In this document: piece after piece, positions 59,981-64,000 of the stretch
Numbering within the stretch: the stretch's first letter is position 1
Layout of the letters: each line of letters opens with the position of its first letter
Assembly: GCA_963700145.1 (NCBI GenBank)
Contig: OY969474.1
Location: 672,001 to 736,000, forward strand
Length of the DNA stretch: 64,000 bases
Direction: 5' to 3'
DNA from: an uncultured Acidobacteriota bacterium
GTDB taxonomy: Bacteria > Acidobacteriota > Thermoanaerobaculia > Multivoradales > UBA5704
Notes under the pieces: generated by a model
What the model saw: only the letters and a program-made list of their open reading frames with translations
Databases searched by the model: none
Told to the model about the DNA's origin: nothing
Position numbers and translations under genes: made by a program

Positions 59981-61783
59981 ATGGCCGCCGACGCCCTCGC
60001 CGAGCGCATCCGCGCGCTGCCCGACCGCCCGGGCATCTACATCTTCCGCGACGCCGCGGGGAAGGCGCTCTACGTCGGCAAGGCGACGTCGCTGCGCAAG
60101 CGGGCGGCCTCCTACCTGGTGCGCGAGCACGAGCCGCGGCTGGCGGCGATGCTGGCCGAGGCGGCGGACGTGGAGTTCGTGGCCACCGACACCACGGCCG
60201 AGGCGCTGCTGCTCGAGAACACCTGGATCAAGCGCCGCAAGCCGCGCTACAACATCCTGCTGCGCGACGACAAGACCTACCCCTACCTCAAGCTCACCGC
60301 CGATCCTTACCCGCGCCTGGTCTTCACCCGCCGCATCCGTGACGACGGCGCCGAGTACTTCGGGCCCTTCCTGCCCGGCGGGCTGGCGCGCAAGGCGATC
60401 AAGCTGGTGCAGAAGCTCTTCCAGGTGCGGGTCTGCGACCTGGAGATCGACGGCTCGCTGCCGCGCCCCTGCCTCTACCACGACATGCACCGCTGCCTCG
60501 GGCCCTGCGTCGCCGGGCTGACCACCAAGGCGGCCTACGACGAGGCGGTCGAGCAGGCGCGCCTCTTCCTCTCCGGCCGCGGCGACCAGCTCGTCAAGCG
60601 CCTCAAGCGCGAGATGTGGGAGGCCGCCGAGGCGCTCGACTACGAGCGGGCGGCGCGGGTGCGCGACGCCCTCACCGAGGTCGAGGCGATCTCGCAGCGG
60701 CGGAAGCTGTCTTCGGTCGAGGGGGAGGACGTGGACGTCTACGGCGTCTACGTCGCCGGCGGCAACGCCGCGGTCGTGGTGCTCGTCATGCGCGGCGGCC
60801 AGGTGCTCGACCGGCGCGAGCTCTTCTGGGAAGGGGTGGGGCCGATCGCCCCCGAGCGCCTGCTCTCGGAGATCCTGCCGCAGATCTACGACCGCACGAC
60901 CTTCGTGCCCAAGGAGATCCACCTGCCGCTGCCGGTCGAAGGGGAGGAGGCGCTCGCCGAGTGGCTGGCGGAGAAGAAGGGGGAGCGGGTCTACGTGCGG
61001 CTGCCGTCGCGCGGGCCCAAGGCCGAGCGGGTGGCGCTCGCCATGCGCAACGCCGACCTCGCCCACAAGCGGCGCTTCCGCGGCGGCGGCACGGCGGCCC
61101 CCGGCGCCGAGGCGCTGCTCCGCCACCTCGACCTCCTCGATCCGCCGCGGCGGATCGAGGGCTTCGACATCTCCAACTTCCAGGGCAGCGAGACGGTGGC
61201 CTCGCTGGTGGTCTGGGAGGAGGGGAAGATGCGCAAGGGGGAGTACCGCAGCTTCAACGTGCGCGGCGTGCCGGGGCACCCCGCCTCCGACGACTTCGCC
61301 TCGCTGCGCGAAGCGGTCGAGCGCCGCTACCGCCGGCGCCTCGAGGAAGTGGGCGCGATGCCCGACCTGATCCTGATCGACGGCGGCCGCGGCCAGCTCA
61401 ACGCCGCGCTCGAAGGGCTGGCGATGGTGGGCGTCGAGGAGACGCCGGTCGTCTCGCTCGCCAAGCGGGAGGAGGAGGTCTACGTCCCGGGCCGGCCGCT
61501 GCCGCTCAAGCTGCGGCGCGACGACCTCGGGCTGCGCCTCCTCCAGGAGGTGCGCGACGAGGCCCACCGCTTCGCCGTCTCGCGCCACCGCCGGCGGCGG
61601 AGCGCGCGCACGCTGCGCAGCCGGCTCGACGAGCTCTCGGGCATCGGGCCGCGGCGGCGGAAGCTGCTGCTGACCCGCTTCGGCAGCGCCGAAGGCGTGC
61701 GGCAGGCGAGCGTCGAAGAGCTGCAGGCGGCACTCGGGCCGCTCACCGGGCGGAAGATCTACGAGCAGCTCCGCGCGGTGTGA
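59981..61783 (+). CDS. uvrC: Excinuclease ABC subunit C
   Basis: PGIY..YVGKA GIY-YIG, YNILLRDDKTYPY, RIEGFDISN, DLILIDGGRGQ, RDEAHRFA, HhH. Confidence 0.97.
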   Translation: MAADALAERIRALPDRPGIYIFRDAAGKALYVGKATSLRKRAASYLVREHEPRLAAMLAEAADVEFVATDTTAEALLLENTWIKRRKPRYNILLRDDKTYPYLKLTADPYPRLVFTRRIRDDGAEYFGPFLPGGLARKAIKLVQKLFQVRVCDLEIDGSLPRPCLYHDMHRCLGPCVAGLTTKAAYDEAVEQARLFLSGRGDQLVKRLKREMWEAAEALDYERAARVRDALTEVEAISQRRKLSSVEGEDVDVYGVYVAGGNAAVVVLVMRGGQVLDRRELFWEGVGPIAPERLLSEILPQIYDRTTFVPKEIHLPLPVEGEEALAEWLAEKKGERVYVRLPSRGPKAERVALAMRNADLAHKRRFRGGGTAAPGAEALLRHLDLLDPPRRIEGFDISNFQGSETVASLVVWEEGKMRKGEYRSFNVRGVPGHPASDDFASLREAVERRYRRRLEEVGAMPDLILIDGGRGQLNAALEGLAMVGVEETPVVSLAKREEEVYVPGRPLPLKLRRDDLGLRLLQEVRDEAHRFAVSRHRRRRSARTLRSRLDELSGIGPRRRKLLLTRFGSAEGVRQASVEELQAALGPLTGRKIYEQLRAV

Positions 61784-61793
61784 GCCGGAGCTG

Positions 61794-61821
61794 TTGACTG
61801 TCTCGCGTTCGGATGTAGAAT
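61794..61821 (+). promoter_or_regulatory. Sigma70-like promoter TTGACT-N16-TAGAAT
   Basis: Near-consensus hexamers in an AT-rich gap. Strong RBS AAGGAGGAG just upstream of ATG 61864. Confidence 0.6.
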
Positions 61822-61863
61822 TGTCCAAGTTAATATTCACTAGACAGCAAGGAGGAGCGACAC

Positions 61864-62574
61864 ATGAGCACAGACGTTCCGTCGGGCTCAGGGGGCGTAC
61901 CAGGGGAAGGCGGAGGGCCGGAACCCATTCTGAAGCCTGCCGGCGTCGGCGACGTCGGGCGCAGGAGAAAGCCGCCCACGCCGAAGCCGGGCGGCGTCGG
62001 CGACGTCGGGCGCCGCAAGAAGCGCATCACAACTCCAACCAAGCCGGCCGGGGTCGGCGACGTCGGGCGCAAGCGGAAGCTCATCGGGAAGCTCGCCGGC
62101 ACGGGCGACGTCGGCCGCAAGCGGAAGATCGTCGCGAAGCCCGCCGGCGTGGGCGACGCCGGGCGCCGGCGGAAGATCGTCGCGAAGCCCGCCGGCGCGG
62201 GTGACGTCGGGCGCAAGAAGAAGCTCCTCGGGAAGCCCGCAGGCACGGGCGATGTCGGGCGGAAGAAGAAGATCGTCCTGAAGCCCGCCGGCGCGGGTGA
62301 CGCCGGACGCCGGCGGAAGATCGTCCTGAAGCCCGCCGGCGCGGGCGACACCGGGCGCAGGCGGAAGATCGTCACGAAGCCAGCCGGCCCGGGCGACGTG
62401 GGGCGCAAGCGGAAGCTCCTCGGCAAGCTCGCCGGCACGGGCGACGTCGCGCGCCGGAAGAAGATCGGTCCTTCGGCGAAGCCGGCCGGCGCGGGCGATG
62501 TCGGGCGCAAGCGGAAGAAGATCACCGCGAAGCGCCGCGGCATCGGTGACGTCGGGCTCAGGCGGAAGAGCTGA
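61864..62574 (+). CDS. Lys/Arg/Gly-rich protein with 13 K-x-x-G-x-G-D-x-G-(R/K)n repeats; putative multi-core peptide precursor
   Basis: Promoter and RBS present, GC3-rich codons, 23-aa acidic Gly/Pro N-terminus, mostly 16-aa (48-bp) period. Confidence 0.8.
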   Translation: MSTDVPSGSGGVPGEGGGPEPILKPAGVGDVGRRRKPPTPKPGGVGDVGRRKKRITTPTKPAGVGDVGRKRKLIGKLAGTGDVGRKRKIVAKPAGVGDAGRRRKIVAKPAGAGDVGRKKKLLGKPAGTGDVGRKKKIVLKPAGAGDAGRRRKIVLKPAGAGDTGRRRKIVTKPAGPGDVGRKRKLLGKLAGTGDVARRKKIGPSAKPAGAGDVGRKRKKITAKRRGIGDVGLRRKS

Positions 62575-62614
62575 GCACCGCGGTCCAACGCCGGAACCTG
62601 TAGTCGAGGAACGG

Positions 62615-62644
62615 GCGGCCACACGCTGCAGAGCGTGTGGCCGC
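62615..62644 (+). other. Perfect 13-bp intergenic hairpin
   Basis: GCGGCCACACGCT-GCAG-AGCGTGTGGCCGC, no U-tract. Confidence 0.75.
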
Positions 62645-62667
62645 TCCGCCACTCCGCGAGGAGCTCC

Positions 62668-64000
62668 ATGCTCTCAGTGCGTCTCCACGCGCGCGACGCC
62701 GGCGGCGTCTGGGCGCCGGCGCCCGGCGGCTGGTCGTCCGGGCGCAGCGCGATCCTCCCTTACGATCATCCCGTTCTCCATGCCTGCATGCTGGTCTCGC
62801 CGCGGCGCACCGCGGTCCTGGTCCGCGAGCGCATCCACGACGAGCCGCGGCCGGACGGCGCGCCGTCCGTCACCCACTGCGGCGAGGGCCGGCTCGACCG
62901 CGAGCTCGCGGCCCTCCGGAGCTGGCCGCTCGACTTCCACGAGCTGCTGATCGAGCGGCGCGACGGCGGGGTCGAGGTGCGCCTCCGCTGCGGCCGCTGG
63001 GGCACCGCGCCCGTCTATCTCACGGCGCGCGGCAGCACGCTGCGGGTGGACTGGGACGTCACCCGGCTCTATCCCCACGTCCGCTCGGACACCCTCGATC
63101 CGGCCGGCGCGGCGCTCTACCTCCTCGCCCTCGCCCACCCGTACTCGCGGCGCACGATCTTCCCCGACCTCTCGATGTTGACCGAGCGGGCGACGGCGAC
63201 CTGGAAGCCGCCGTCAGCGCAGGTGGCGGTGGCCTATCCGCGTCCGGAGCCTCAGGCGCGGGCCGGGCGCGTCGAGCGCGGCACCCGCGTCGTGGCGGCC
63301 TTCCGCGAGATCCTCTCGGCCTCGATGCGGCGCCGACTGGCGTCGCCGGACGACACCGTCGCGGTGGAGCTGAGCGGCGGGATCGATTCGTCGATTGTCG
63401 CGGCGACCGCGGCCGGCATCGCAACCGGCCGCGTCCGCTCGTACGGCCTGCTCATGCCGGGCCGGCCCGGCGGCCATCAGCGTGCCCGCCGCGCCGAGGT
63501 CGTCCGCCGCTTCGGACTTCGGGACGACGCGCGGCCGTGCGCCGACGATCCGCCGTTCAACCGCCGCGGCCGCCGTGTCCGCGAGCTCGCCGCCGTGCCC
63601 TGGAGCGAGTTCTACGAAGAGGCGCTCGGCGGGATGCTCGACCGCGCGGCGACGGACGGCGCGCGGCTGATCTTCACCGGCCTGGGCGGCGACGAGCTGT
63701 GCTCGTCCCAACCGGGCGAGGTCGATGAGGAAGAGGAGGAGGCACCGGAGGCGGCCGACTCGGGGGCGGCGGCATACCCGCCGTTCGCGACGGCGCGCCT
63801 GCGGGAGGCCTTCGCGGACGGAGAGGCGCTCGCCGACGAAGCGCCGCAGGCGCTGCTGGATACGTCATCGCTCGAGTCCGTCGCGGCCGTCGCGCGCCTC
63901 CACCTGGCGAGCGGCGTCTGGCCCGCACACCCTTACTGCACGCCCGAGCTGGTGGAGCTCTGCCGCCGGCTGCCGGCGGGGTGGCGGCGGGAGCGGGTCG
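62668..64000 (+). CDS. Asparagine-synthetase / lasso-cyclase-like ATP pyrophosphatase (3' end outside window)
   Basis: Hand translation from ATG 62668 (RBS GAGGAG) is open to the window end. AVELSGGIDSS PP-loop at ~63361, IFTGLGGDEL at ~63670, HPY..PELVELCRRLP. No N-terminal Cys. Confidence 0.85.
   Translation, partial: MLSVRLHARDAGGVWAPAPGGWSSGRSAILPYDHPVLHACMLVSPRRTAVLVRERIHDEPRPDGAPSVTHCGEGRLDRELAALRSWPLDFHELLIERRDGGVEVRLRCGRWGTAPVYLTARGSTLRVDWDVTRLYPHVRSDTLDPAGAALYLLALAHPYSRRTIFPDLSMLTERATATWKPPSAQVAVAYPRPEPQARAGRVERGTRVVAAFREILSASMRRRLASPDDTVAVELSGGIDSSIVAATAAGIATGRVRSYGLLMPGRPGGHQRARRAEVVRRFGLRDDARPCADDPPFNRRGRRVRELAAVPWSEFYEEALGGMLDRAATDGARLIFTGLGGDELCSSQPGEVDEEEEEAPEAADSGAAAYPPFATARLREAFADGEALADEAPQALLDTSSLESVAAVARLHLASGVWPAHPYCTPELVELCRRLPAGWRRERV

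Noticed and set aside
61864-62574. Simple histone-H1-like DNA-binding protein
   Set aside because: Not excluded, but disfavoured: the invariant K-x-x-G-x-G-D spacing and the adjacent carboxylate-activating enzyme are unexplained by charge alone.
61830-62669. Minus-strand repeat ORFs (RPTSPAPAGF...)
   Set aside because: They are antisense shadows. The plus frame has the promoter, RBS and typical codon usage.
62637-63928. Track ORFs in this interval
   Set aside because: They are off-frame or antisense to the unlisted open frame starting at 62668.
62668-64000. Housekeeping AsnB or canonical lasso cluster
   Set aside because: There is no N-terminal catalytic Cys, and no short single-core lasso precursor, RRE or B protease within the window. 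Downstream DNA is unseen.

Overview
Very GC-rich bacterial DNA; gene content and style would fit an Acidobacteriota-like organism, but that is only an impression. (1) 1-37.6 kb is a low-oxygen/redox/metal-stress island. It holds the 5' end of a molybdopterin oxidoreductase, a NarK transporter fused to a NarI-like membrane domain, a GAF histidine kinase with a NarL-type regulator, a CBS protein, a non-canonical radical SAM enzyme and a PGM1-like ATP-grasp ligase. It also holds an MtrB/MtrA porin-decaheme pair divergent from monoheme and NapC/NirT cytochromes, a 21-bp palindromic tandem array, CusCBA, two USPs, BON, Hsp20, an L,D-transpeptidase, an ABC exporter, dodecin, an ADH and a P1B ATPase-hemerythrin. 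A 16-bp palindrome, CYACCC-N4-RGGTRG, recurs in its promoter regions. (2) 38-50 kb has uvrB, an accessory patch (DUF4145, hicB, an intact IS256-family element with an 8-bp target duplication, a BrnT-like TA pair), a large beta-propeller lipoprotein and recQ. (3) 50-60 kb has a UGA-recoded deiodinase-like selenoprotein and an operon of three paralogous secreted TPR proteins (5, 11 and 13 repeats of 48 aa) coupled to a membrane-anchored TIR protein. (4) 60-64 kb has uvrC, then the best candidate for a new system: a 13-repeat K-x-x-G-x-G-D/polybasic putative multi-core precursor, a perfect hairpin, and an asparagine-synthetase/lasso-cyclase-like enzyme. That enzyme is missing from the ORF track because it runs off the window. 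All family calls are from motif recognition by eye; no database searches were run.
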